Shown here in pieces: positions 1 through 11,458 of a DNA stretch of 64,000 nucleotides. Below the pieces are notes generated by a model, which saw nothing but the letters and a program-made list of their open reading frames with translations, made no database searches and was not told the DNA's origin. Position 1 is the first letter of the stretch; each line of letters begins with the position of its first letter. Position numbers and translations under genes: made by a program. The stretch spans positions 26,040,001 through 26,104,000 of the forward strand of contig CM052850.1 in the NCBI GenBank assembly GCA_028534125.1. The letters are read 5' to 3'. Origin of the DNA: Lama glama (Eukaryota).

Positions 1-914
1 TCTCCCTTCTCCCCCCGAGATGTAGATAACGCTTGCAGATAGCTGGCCGGGCCTCCGGCCAAGGTGCCCTCCTTAATCCCCAGAGAGACACCCATGGTGT
101 AGCGGGGTGCCCGAGCACTGCTGAGGAGAGCCTGCTCTGTCACCCTGGAAGCACCCCCGTGGCCTCCAGGGGCCTTGAGGCACCTTTGGGGTGGAGCGCT
201 CCTTGCGGAGGGCTGCCTCAGGCAGCCACCGGAGGGAAGTCTGAGGTCCCTGCCGACTTCTCAGAACTGCCCTCCTGTGGTCTCACAGGCTCACTGTTGG
301 ATGTGCCTCACAGGGCTGTGTCCAGGCCAGACCAGAGCAGGACCAGTGGAGGACATGGGGATCCCCCCCACAGCACGGCCCCAGGCACACCCTTCCCTGG
401 GGTGTCTCAGGTGCAGACGAGCAGGTGAGAGAACAAGACCCCGGGTGGGCCTGACCTGGGACTCTTGGAACAGCGCTTAGTGCCACGCCTTGCCAGTGGG
501 GCTCAGCTGTCCCGGGGCTCCGGCACCAGTTACCATGGCCCCCGTGTCAGGGTGTGGAGTGGTCGCCGAGGGAGGGTGAGCGTGGCTGGACAGCCTGACC
601 TGGGCATCCCCGTGGCTGTCCAAGGTCATGGACTTCTGGAAGCTCGGACCCAGTGCTGCAGCCCCCAGCATGTGGCCAGACTGGTGGCCAGTGTGTGCTT
701 GGTCGCTCCCAGAAGGGGGTTCATTACTGCTCACAGCTGCCTGGTCCCCTTGGGGGCCCGGTTGTTAGAGGCAACACTTGTTCTCAAACTGGGATTCAGT
801 GGGCACACCCTGTGCGATGTGGGGCCTCTGACACTGGCACTTCACCTGCAGCCGTGACGCACAGCAGAGTCCCAGACGCTGAGCTGCGGAAGGTGACCTG
901 GGGGCCGAGGAGGG

Positions 915-1006
915 ACACACTGTGTGTGCATGTGCGTCAGCGTGTGTGCAGGTCTGCACCCTGGTGTGGACACACACGTCTGTGTCCACACACGTCTGTG
1001 TGTGTG
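915..1006. repeat. Degenerate (TG)n/(CA)n microsatellite
   Basis: Interrupted tgtg and caca runs. Confidence 0.6.
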
Positions 1007-3704
1007 AGGTCACAGGAGCTATTCCTGAGTGACACAGAAGTGAGGCTTCAGCGGGTGAGCCCAGGGCCTGGAGGAGAGGATGTGCTCCGAACCCCGTGGC
1101 GCCCTCTCCAAGCCTCTTACCCGGCCTCACGTGGAGCCGGGCCCTCCCTCGTTCCCAGCAGGTGGCTGGAGAGACCGCAGGACCATGGCCGCAAGGCTGG
1201 CTGCCCTGTCACCGTGGGATACCTGACGGTCCCACGTCGCCGCCTGCCCTCCCTGGAGCTTGGGCTCCTCGGGGGGTCAGGTCCGTGCTTCTCCCTGCCG
1301 GCCAAGGCCCCCGAGGCTGCAGGGGCCGGGGCAGACCTTCAGAGTCGTCCTGGGTTGCGGTGAGGGTCCACGGCTTTCCTCCCTCGTGTCAGTTGTCGCT
1401 GGGTGCAGGATGCCCTGAGGAGAGGGTGTGATTTGGGGTGAGGCTGTCAGTTCAAGACTGACCACAGCCCTTTAAATCCACACACCAAACGTGCTAAGAG
1501 TTTCTAGCAAAACCCCGCGTGGGTGCTGATTGCTCTCCAGCCGCCTGCTCCTGTGCTCGCCCCCGCCCCAGTGCCTCTCGAGGTCCCAGGGGGCAGACGC
1601 CACCCGAGAGATGTGTGTCCACGTGGGTCTCCAGGCTCCTGCCTCCTCTGCCCTTCGCTCAGGAGAAGCCTAGCCTCAGCGCCCCGCTGCCCGCACCTTA
1701 GCCGTGAGGGCCTCCTTCCCACCCCAGTCGCTGGCCCTTTGCCTCACGCTTGGGGTGGGGGAGGCTGGACGCAGTCTTTCTTTTCACCCCGCGAAGCCCA
1801 TCCCGCCCTGCGGGCTTCCTCTTCTCCTTCGGGCTTGTCAGCTCCCGGTGCCTCGAGGTGAGTGAATGAAGGCTCCTTCCCCTGAGCGGGCAGGGCTGGG
1901 GGCACCCTGGTGTCTCATGGAAGGAGGTGCCAGGCCCGGTGTCTGCACAGTGGGAGGGGTGCCCAGGGCCCTGACCCCAGCTGTGTCAGCGAGTAGGAAG
2001 CGTGAGTGGGCCGTGGGCCACGTCAGCAGGCTTCAGAACCTCTTTCTTCACCTGTGAAACAGGAGCCGGGACTTCGGTCCACCCCCTCAGGGCGCGTGAG
2101 CCTGAAAGAGGGGCCCCAAGAGCTTGGGTCAGAGGCTCTGCAAGACCCAGATTGACAATTGTGGCCCATTCTCGGGAGTCCTGGGGCTAGTGGAGGGAGC
2201 TGGTCGGCCTCAGGGAGGCGCTCTTTGCTCCAGGCATCCTGCCTCCAGGAGAGCTGCTCACCTGTCCTCTTCCCAACGGTGAAGGTCACAGGTCCCCGGG
2301 GACGCAGAGGCGCCTTCTGGGCAGCACGCTGTGTGCGGACTCCCCCTGCTGCTGTGTGACTTGGGAGGAGAGGGCGTATGGCCCTCACTCAGGGCCGCCC
2401 AGGTGTCGGGGCCTGGGCCCTGTGGGTGTGAGGGCCTTCTGGCTTTGTGCTGCGAAGATGTGCTGTGGAGGATGGTCTGTCCTCGCACATGTCCGGTGAG
2501 AGGGAGACCTTGGCTCCAGGAACGCCAGCCTGGAGCTAGTGGCCCGTGACCTGGGCTGTGGAGTGGGGAACGCCGACCAGCAGTGGTCCCAGCCTCCCGT
2601 TCCCACTGGGACAGCCCCACCCACAGGGGTTCAACCTTGGGCTCCAGCTGCAGTTTCATCCAAACTGAAGGCAGCTTCCTGCTGGTTCAGCCAGAGGCAT
2701 CCCCACCTGACATGGTGGGGTCTGCCCAGACCCAGCTCCCTTGTGGACAACCCCTGCACCGGGTTCACTCTGATGGCCGCCAGCTGGGCCATCTGTCCTG
2801 GACCCCTGGACGCCGAGTGGCATGTGCCCGTGTGCCAGGGTGGAAGGGACGAGATGGAGAACATGCTTGGACGCTGCCTGTGGCTCTGGCCTCTGTGGCC
2901 ACACCGAGGGGCCTGGAGGGGCCGAGCTTGGCAGGCATCCTCGGGCAGAGGCAGGGACTTGCCACAGCCTGTTCCTGTGTCAGACAACTTAAAAGGTGCA
3001 CCTGGCTCCTCCTACTCCCTCCTGGGGCCCCGCTGTGGTGGTGTGATGGCTGCCAGGGCCCCACAGGGTGAGGACAGTCGCTGGAGCATCACCTCCCCGA
3101 GGGCACTGGCGAGGTCAGGACCTGCCCAGACAGCCCTGGAGCCTCCTCCAGGGCAGCAAGGGCCACGAGGGCGTGTGGCAACAGTGCTGTCCTTTCCCAA
3201 GGTGGTGGGCAGGCGGCAGGCGGCCCTCGGGGTGGACAGGCGTGGCTGGCAGCCCCGCTCTGAGGGCTCACGGCCCAGGTTGAACCCCTGCAGGTGGGGC
3301 TGTCCCAGTGGGAACGGGAGTGGGGGTGGGATGTGGCCTGAGTGACAGCCCAGAACCACAGCCACTGCGTGTCCCAGACCTACATGCTGCTGGCTCCAGG
3401 GGAAGGGACAGGTCCTGGACAACGGGCGGCATGGGAGGGTACCCTGCCTGCCGGCCTCAGGCGGACCCCGTCTCCAGACAAGGAAGGAGGTGAGAGCCGC
3501 TGTCCAGCAAACCGGGGCCTGAGCTTGTCACAGGGAGGGGCGGATGGGCGGGTGAGAGGGCCTGGGGGAGGCGGCTCAGCTCCTCCTGGGCAGGGGCGCC
3601 AGGGATGGATGCACACCCGTGGGCCTTGAGCAGGACGGTCCGGTGACCCGACTCCAGCCCTCTGCTCTGAATGCTGGCTGAAGAAACGCATGGGTCCAGG
3701 ACAC

Positions 3705-4554
3705 AAGAGATGCTTTGAAATGTTTTATTTAAATTTTTTTTAAAAGACAGAAATAACTTATGCCATGAACGAAACGGGAGCACTGACGAGCGTTTTCTGG
3801 CCCGACCCGCCGCTGCCCAGGCCGCTGCGCCCCGCCACCACGGAGGCGGGCCTGCCGAGGGAGGGGGACACATGGTCAGCTTTGGGACAGTGACAGCGGG
3901 GCCGAGGCCAGGAGCAGACCAGCTCCACCCCGAGTGGCTGGACACTGGGCTTTCTTCTGGTTGTTACCACAGGGAGATGTCGCAGTGACCGAGGCTCGTG
4001 GCCGCCTCGGCCCTGCACACAGCGAGACCCTGCTCATTCCTGCGATTGTTCACTTCTGATTGTTTTTTAAAAAATATAATTTTGTAAACGTCCCATAAAA
4101 ATACTATTGTTCCCAGTCAAACACGGAGATTGCAGCATGAAGAGTGACTGCTTTATCTTTGTTCTAAAAATGTGAGAAGGTCATCGCGCTGGATGATGTA
4201 GAAAAGTGCCAGGACCTCGAGGGACCGCAGAGGCCAGTACCGAGTGCGGGGGGCAGCGGGCCAGGGCTGGGCCGGGTGCCCCTCCGCGCGTCCCTGCTCG
4301 GCGGCAAGGCCCCAACAGTCCTCCCGGCAGCAGAGGACGGCATGGCTTTGAGACGCAGACAGCTGGCTGTGCTCAGTCCCGCGGCCGGTCCCGCGAGGCC
4401 ACCTGCTCAGCTCAAAGCACCGCAGAGCCAGCGACGCTTAGCAGAGCCCTGGCAGCCGGACGGCGGCCTCCCTTCCTGCCGCAGTGAGGCTCCACCGGCC
4501 CTCGAGGCTCCTTCCCTGTCCCTCCAGCAGGAGGGCTCGTCCAGGGCTGTGCCC
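3705..4554 (-). other. RNF166: RNF166 3' UTR (3' end approximate)
   Basis: Lies between the stop codon (4555-4557) and the AATAAA at 3724-3729. AU-rich blocks at ~3716-3770 and ~4040-4205. Confidence 0.7.
3724..3729 (-). terminator. RNF166 polyadenylation signal AATAAA
   Basis: TTTATT on the + strand in an AT-rich patch ~830 nt downstream of the stop codon. Confidence 0.75.
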
Positions 4555-7500
4555 TCAGTTCTCGGAGAGGGACAGGGCCAGGGCAGCCTGGAAGGCAGCT
4601 TCCTCATCGATGCTATAGTCCTGGAAGGCAAGGAGCCAGGCTGTGCTAGTGGCCTCTCAGGGCTTCCTCCCTGTCCCGTCACCTCCAACAGACCAACACT
4701 GCCACATACAGGTCCCCGGCCCCCCTCCAGCCCTGCATGGTCACGGGGTCCCGGCGCCACCAGGCAGCCTCTCTGTGGGGACGGTGTCTGGCTTCCGCCG
4801 AGGTCTGTGCAGTGAGCTGCCCACAGACACCATGCCCAGTGACTGAGGGCTGAGTGGACGGTGTAGGGTGGACACATGGAACGAGAGGCTCAGGAACAGG
4901 GTCTTGAGGCAAGTCGAGAAGCCAGAGCTCCCCATGGCCTCCAGTCATTAGGACCAGGCACAGATGGGGGGGTGCTGACCCTACGGGCCCGGAGGCTGGT
5001 TGGGGTGGGAGTCAGGCCAGGCCGTACAGCAGGGGCGGGTCTGTGGGCCAGAGGCCATGGGCACAGAGGAAGAGCCGAGGTCTTCGAGGCAACAGGAGTC
5101 TGGTGGAACCTTCTCTACCAGGCCCCAGAGGGAACGCATCCCCTCTAGAGGGGTGTCTGTCCTGAGGCCCCATGCACAGCTGGGGAGATGGGGCCCCTGT
5201 GGTGGTGCCTCTCCCAGAGAACGGCCCCAGGTGAGGTGAGCTCGCTGGCCTGGCGCTGAGGGACCGCAGGACAGAGGGGTCCCCTGTGGGCCTGCTGTGA
5301 ACAGACCCAGAGCCCCGGGGCCCCTAGTGGCCACATGGACCTGACTGCCGCCAGCACCCCCCCGCAGGCGGCTGCCACAGACGCTGCGGAGGGCGGGGGG
5401 GCACCCACCACGAAAGTGTCGTAGGAGAACTTGTGCCGGTGGAGCAGGTGCTGTAGGAAGTTGGCACTCTTGTAGCTGGGGTCGCCCCAGGGCATGGCCG
5501 AGCAGACGGGGCACACCTGCAATGCAGCGGGCAAGGGTGAGCCCCGAGGGCCTGCGGCGGGCATGACTCCCTGCACCCCAGCAGGGGTCGGGGTGGGGGC
5601 TCACCACGCGGCTGGGGTCGCTGCGGTGGTTGTCCACACAGTGCTTCACCAGCTCCTGCTGGTCTAGGTTGCGGGCGCCGCAGTACGGGCAGGCGAAGGT
5701 GGACCTGTTGGGCACGGCACTGGGGCGGGGCGGGGTCAGCGCAGTGCCCCCCCCCCAACAGCCCGGCCGGCCCGCCCTCCTCGGCGCGCCCCACTGCAGC
5801 CCCCACCTAGTCACCTCCTGGCCCCTCTCCTTCCCAGACGTGGCTGGGCCAGTGGCAGAGGCCGGCCCTCCTGCCTCCTGCCCTGAGAGGAAGTGTCTAT
5901 CCAGTCCTGGCCTGTCTGCGGACCACACTCCCCTGCTGGGAGGTGACCGTGGGCCTGGCCTGGGCCCTCCTGGGTCTCCTATGTGCAGGCGGTGATCCCC
6001 CCCACAGAGGGGACATGGCAGCCCTCCCATCTTCCCCTTGACGTTGGCCAGGAGCTGCCCCACAAAGGGTGGAGACTCTGGGCGCCAGGCGAGGCGGCCT
6101 ACCTGGGAATGGGCTGGGACGTGGGCACCACGGGGACGAACTTCGGACAGTTGGCCATCTGCTCCTGAACCTTCACGCAGGAGGAAATGTGCACCCTCAT
6201 CTTCGCCAGCGTCACCTAGGATGAGGATGCGGAGGAGAGAAGGGGTCAGGCAGTGGAGGACAAGAGCCGCTGGCAGCGAGCTAGGCTGGTCCAGCTCCTG
6301 ACACCTGAGCCAGCAGTGCTGCGTAAGTGGGTTCTGGAGGCTCCCTTGGGGGCCGAGCACCCCTGCTGGAGAAGACACACCAGGAGAAGGGGACTCCGGA
6401 TCCCAGACGCACCACTGAGCTGCACCAGAAGCTGGTGCTCACAGTTCTCAGCTGCAGCCATGCAGGGGGCAGTCGGCCACCAGCCACTAGATGGGAGCAG
6501 CCCTGCTGTGGTCCCTGGGGAGCTGCGGAAGGGAGGGGCAGCTCACGAGGGACCAGGGAGAGTGTTTATTTGGGAAAAAATACCCTAGTAACGGGAGCCA
6601 ACAGGCAAGGTCCTTGTAGACAGTCAAACTCCTTACCAAGAGGTAGAAAACCAAATAAAACAGGACCTTCTCGGCCGCCACTCTGGCTGAAGGTGGGACC
6701 ATCTCAGAGCAGCACAGGGAAGGGGCACTGGCTCCCGTGAGCAGACAGGGAGCCAGGAGGTAGGACAGGCCCGGTCAGCCCTCCCTGGGGAGTGGGCGCC
6801 ACTGATCCTGCCAGGTGAAGGTGCTGAGAGGCCGGGGGCAGACACCTCACTAGCAGGAAGCCGGTTCATAGAACCAAGGAAGCAGTGAGGGGCTGAGCCA
6901 GGCATCTGGGTTACAGGAGGAGGCCCTGCTGGCACAGGGCTGGGCACCAGGTGAGGCCTGCCCCTCGGCCTGCACACCTGGGCAGAACCACAGCACTGAG
7001 GCCGTGGGCAGGGCCCCCTCACACAGGAACCTGGTCTGTTCTCCCACCAGGAGGGGGCAGCACCGGAGCTCAAAGGAGGCCCAGGGCAGCCCCTGGACAA
7101 TCAGATCTTTGACCTTGAGGACTGAGCAACCAGGGGCTGCTTCCTATGTGGTAAGACGGTAGAACTCGTTAACCCGAGAGATGGTGAAATCTGAAAGCTA
7201 AGTTCAAACTCTGTTCCTGGGCTGGGTCCAGCGGGAGGCAGTGCATCCACCCGGAGGGAGCAGTGAGGTGGGGGGGCTCTGCTGCCGGAGGGAACAGCCT
7301 CCCAGTTCTGCCCGCGGCCCCACCTGCTGTCCCCACCGCCCTCCCCTCTGGCATCACCTGCAGGGGGCAGGTCACTTGGGTGTCCAGGGTGGGCTTCAGC
7401 TCAGCACCTAGGCTAGGCCCACCCAGTGTGGGGGAAGGCCCGCCAGAAGCCAGGGGAGTGGCCAGTTGCTCAACAGGAAGGGAGGCACGCACCTAGTTCC

Positions 7501-10500
7501 TCGTGCTGGTGAGCGGAACCCGGTCAGAGCGGCCCCATCCAGCCCTTCCCGCCAGGGGCCTGGGGCTGGGGGGTACCTTCTTATTGCAGCCCCGGCAGGG
7601 CGCCTTGCAGGATGAGAGCTGCTTCTCCACGTGGGTGGCCTTGTCCACCTTCTTGGGGTCGAAGGGCAGGCGGCAGAGCGGGCACAGGGGGGACGGCACC
7701 TGCAGGCAGGGCTGGAGGCACTCCCCGCAGAACCTGTAGGGGCGGGACATGGGCCTGAGGGCTGCGGCTCACTCTGGCAGCGGTCACTCTGCCTGAGTCC
7801 TGCTGGCTGGTCAGACGCCATCTGGCTAAAAGGTGACCCCAGGTCCCCACCGAGCTGTGGGCTTTGAGACCCCGGCTGGACCCTGCGATGCAGGCCGAGC
7901 TGTGGCTGTGGCTCCCCAGGTCCCGAGCTGGCCCCACAGCCCTGTGCCAGCAGCAGCTCTCGCTGCAGAAGGTGGCCCAGGGCTCAGCCTACCAGTCTCA
8001 CTGCCACGTGGTGATGACACCACCTCAGGGGGCTCCAGGACAGCATGGGGGACCCTGGAGACCCTCCACCTACTAAGCTCTGGCAAGTAAAATCACTAAC
8101 AGTGGCAAGAGAGGAAACCACAGGGCCCCAGGGCTGCGGACTCATTGGATGAGGCAGGGCCAAAGTTGGCCGGGTGAGTGCCACCAACCTGGGGACAGTG
8201 CCCTCGCCCCACTCAAGAAGGGCTCTGGCTTGGCCAGAGCAGAGGCATGGTGACAGAAGGGGTGGTGCCCGGGCCCCCCTGCCCCGGCTCCATTTGGCCC
8301 TGTCCCTGGAGATGTTGTGTCATGAGGGACGAGGGTAAATGAGGGAACAGGATCTCCCTAAAGCCGTTTGGTGAGGCCCAGGAGTGCACTTGGGACAAGC
8401 CATTGTGGGCCTCGGGTTGGGGCGCAGGGTGCCCCAGTGGGAGGAGACAGAAAAGCTTGATGTCTCGAGAAGCAACACAGCCCTGCCTGACCTAGCCTCC
8501 TGGCCCACCCGCAGGTCTCGTGTCCCTCCCTGAGTAGATGGAGGCGGGATCAGGTGTCCACGCAGCACCTGGCCTGCGGCCTAGTTTCCAGCACCACCTC
8601 GCTGGCCCCCAACGCCCGCCGGCCCCAGGGGCCGGCGCCAAGCAGCTTTTCAGCTGGAGGCCCACGGGCACCGCCAACACACCTCACTCTTGGCCCAGCC
8701 TCCTACATGCACAGCTGCACCAGTGACCTGGGAAAGCTGGCAGGCTGGGCGGTGCCTGGAGCCATCCTGAGCCTTTTCTGGGAGGGCTTCTAATCGCTCA
8801 TGTCCTGGCCCCCTGTCTCGGCTCACTCAGGCACAGACACAGGTGAGCCGCCCATGGGCCCAGGCCTCTCAGGAAGCAGAGTGCAGTGACAGAGGCCCGG
8901 GATCCTGAGCACAGAAGCCAGCTCACTGGCCTGACTGCAGCCCGGCAGGGGGCTGGAAACGCTCTGCTGCAGGAGCGTGGGGAGCTAAGGGGTGGGCACA
9001 GCTGCTGAAGGTGACGAGGGGAGACTGGCCAGGGCCTGGCAGCCTTGCCAGGAGGCGTGGGAATTCCACTCAGCCTCTCTGATCCCATTTTCCTTGTACA
9101 AAAAGAATCATGTAGCATCTGCCTCCCAGGACCTCTGAACAGGGAGGATTCAGAAAACGTCTGTTATCACTGTTCCCAACAGGTCCCCTTAAACATGAGC
9201 ATCTTAATGTTCTTCAACCTCTGTTCATTAACAGACAGCATGAGGGGACACTCAGGCGGGGAGACAGATGTGACACGCTGACCAGAGAGAATGACACAAG
9301 AGGTGCAGAAGCCGGAGGCAGCCAGGATAAAGCCGCAGCCAGGACAGAGCCCCACCCCAAACATACACTGGCCCTCGGGGGAGGCTTCCTCAGAGGGTTA
9401 AAAACAGCTGGGTAGCGTCTGGTTCTGGATGTGGCTCACTGCCCAGGGTGTCCCCTGACTGTGACAGTTAACTGGCTCCCTCTGGGGCCCTGGGGAGTTC
9501 CTGGGAGCGCTTTTACAATACCTACCAGCGGCCTCCTGCCAGAAAGCCCTCCCTACAACCTGGCCCCTCTGCCTGGTGCTGGAGCAGAAGTGCCGGTCCC
9601 GGACAGGGCTGCTCTCACCATCAGAAAACGTGTCTTGTGGAAAGAAACTGCTTCCAGTCAGAGAGCCATGGAGGGACAGAATCAGGCCACCAGCAAACCT
9701 TGTAAAAGGAGAGGCACAACCCTCGGAGTCTTTTTTTGTTCATCTGTGCACATGCCTTTGAAACACTGGACAAGAAACTTAGGGAAAGTGAAAGGCAGAG
9801 ACAGAGCAGCCAGGAGGTTTGTTTACGCCTGCAGGTAGAACCAGGGAGAAGGTCTTTTTAAGGGAGAAGCTGAAGAGGTTCCTCCAGAACTAACCTTAGA
9901 AACGGAAAGAGAGGTGTCAGATTCTGCCAAGAAAAGCATGGGGCGGGGGGTTTGTAGATCAAGCTTTCACAACAACTTCTGTAGTTCTGTAATGTGAAAA
10001 CCACCTTTTAAGAAAAGACTGATTTGGAAAAAAAGGGAGAGAAAACAGATTTGTGCTGACCAGGAGACCCGAAACACCACATTCCGGGGCTGGGGGAGTG
10101 TTGGTACCAACCCAAAGCCTCGGAAAGGCTTTCTAAAAGCAGGCCTGGGACATGCCCTACACGTCTCTCAATGATAGGCTGGAAGATGCTAAACATACCT
10201 TAAAACACCCACTTACAAGAGAGAAGTGTTGTTCAGAGGCCACCCCTGCCGAAAGGTCACGAACAGCACGAGAAAGCAGGCAAAGCACCCTTGAGGCAGT
10301 CTCCCGGTGTGGGCACGTGCCTGGGCTGCTTGTCGGCACGTGTGTGTATGTGTGCACGCGTGTGTGCGCTTCCCGGCTCCGGACACCATCCCTGCTGCCT
10401 CCCTGGGTGATGAGCGTTACACACACACCCAAGCAGTTCCAACTCCCTGCTCCCTCTTTGTATCAGGAACCTCGTAGGTCAGATACCTCTGTTTGCAAAA

Positions 10501-11458
10501 TGTTCCAGGGCCTCCTACCAGCCTGGGTGCACCTCGGCCCCACCTCCTCCGCAGCGCTGCTGGCATCCAAGCCCTCCTGCCCCCTCTCTCCACCCTGCTA
10601 ATTTCACTCAAGAGCTGTATTATTCAGCGCTAGGGAGAGTTGCAGAGCAGACACTCTGATCTCGGCCTCCTCCCAACCAGGCTGGCAGCTCCCAGACTTG
10701 AGTGAAGCTCTTGGCTAGGAGAAGAGCCACATCCTCATGAGTCTGTTCCTGAAACAACCCAGCCATGGCACAGATGGAAACCCTAGCAAGGTGTGTGGCT
10801 TCTGGTATCCCGAGGGCCAGCCTGCCTGCTTGCTCAGTGACCGATGTGATCCAAGTTCTCCATCAAAACAAAATAGCACCAGACTTCAAACAAGCCGATG
10901 CCTAAACTTTAGGGAACTTCTCTCCTCTGCAGTCAAGACAAGCAGACAGCGGATTCGAAAAAGAGTTGACAGCAAAAGTCACAAGTCATTTATTTACCTC
11001 TGCCCACTCAGTCTCCACGAAATCAGATCGAAGGCAACCGGCGCAGAGGTCGCGCCCGCTGCCCTCTGAGTCCCCAGGGAGGCCCGCCGAGGCCGTCAAC
11101 GGCCCCCGGGCACCGGAGACCGGGCAAGGCTGCAGATCGGCCCCATATGCCGACCTGGGGGTCGGATCGAATACCCGGGGCGGGCGGGCAGGAGGCTGGG
11201 CTGAGGCGGATGGATGCAGAAAAGGCGCTGCGTGGGGAGTCTGCAGAGCCCTTCCCCGCGGCGGCGCCCGACCCCGCGGCCTCCCGGAGGCCGGCGCACT
11301 CACGTGTGGCCGCAGCTGCCGATGGCCACCGGCCGGTGGTAGACCTCCAGGCAGATGGGGCAGCTGTACTGCGCCTCCAGGCCGCTGTCACCGCCCGCGG
11401 GCCCGCCAGGCGGCTGCCGCTGCTGAGCCGAGGCCACCAGGCTGCGGAACATCGCCAT
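4555..11458 (-). CDS. RNF166: E3 ubiquitin ligase RNF166 (RING-HC, C2HC, C2H2/Di19 zinc fingers, C-terminal UIM), 237 aa, spliced
   Basis: Coding exons (minus): 11304-11458, 7577-7733, 6103-6215, 5605-5719, 5409-5516, 4555-4620. All introns are GT-AG and phases are consistent; total 714 nt. Peptides: [150 protein letters not shown]-stop. Confidence 0.97.

Noticed and set aside
1-3700. SNAI3 or another gene expected by synteny
   Set aside because: No SNAG (MPRSFLV) or C2H2 zinc-finger exons were found; treated as intergenic.
4981-6378. 465-aa ORF as a separate gene
   Set aside because: It runs through RNF166 introns and includes exon 4 in frame. The rest is low-complexity Pro/Gly/Arg sequence expected from stop-poor GC-rich DNA.
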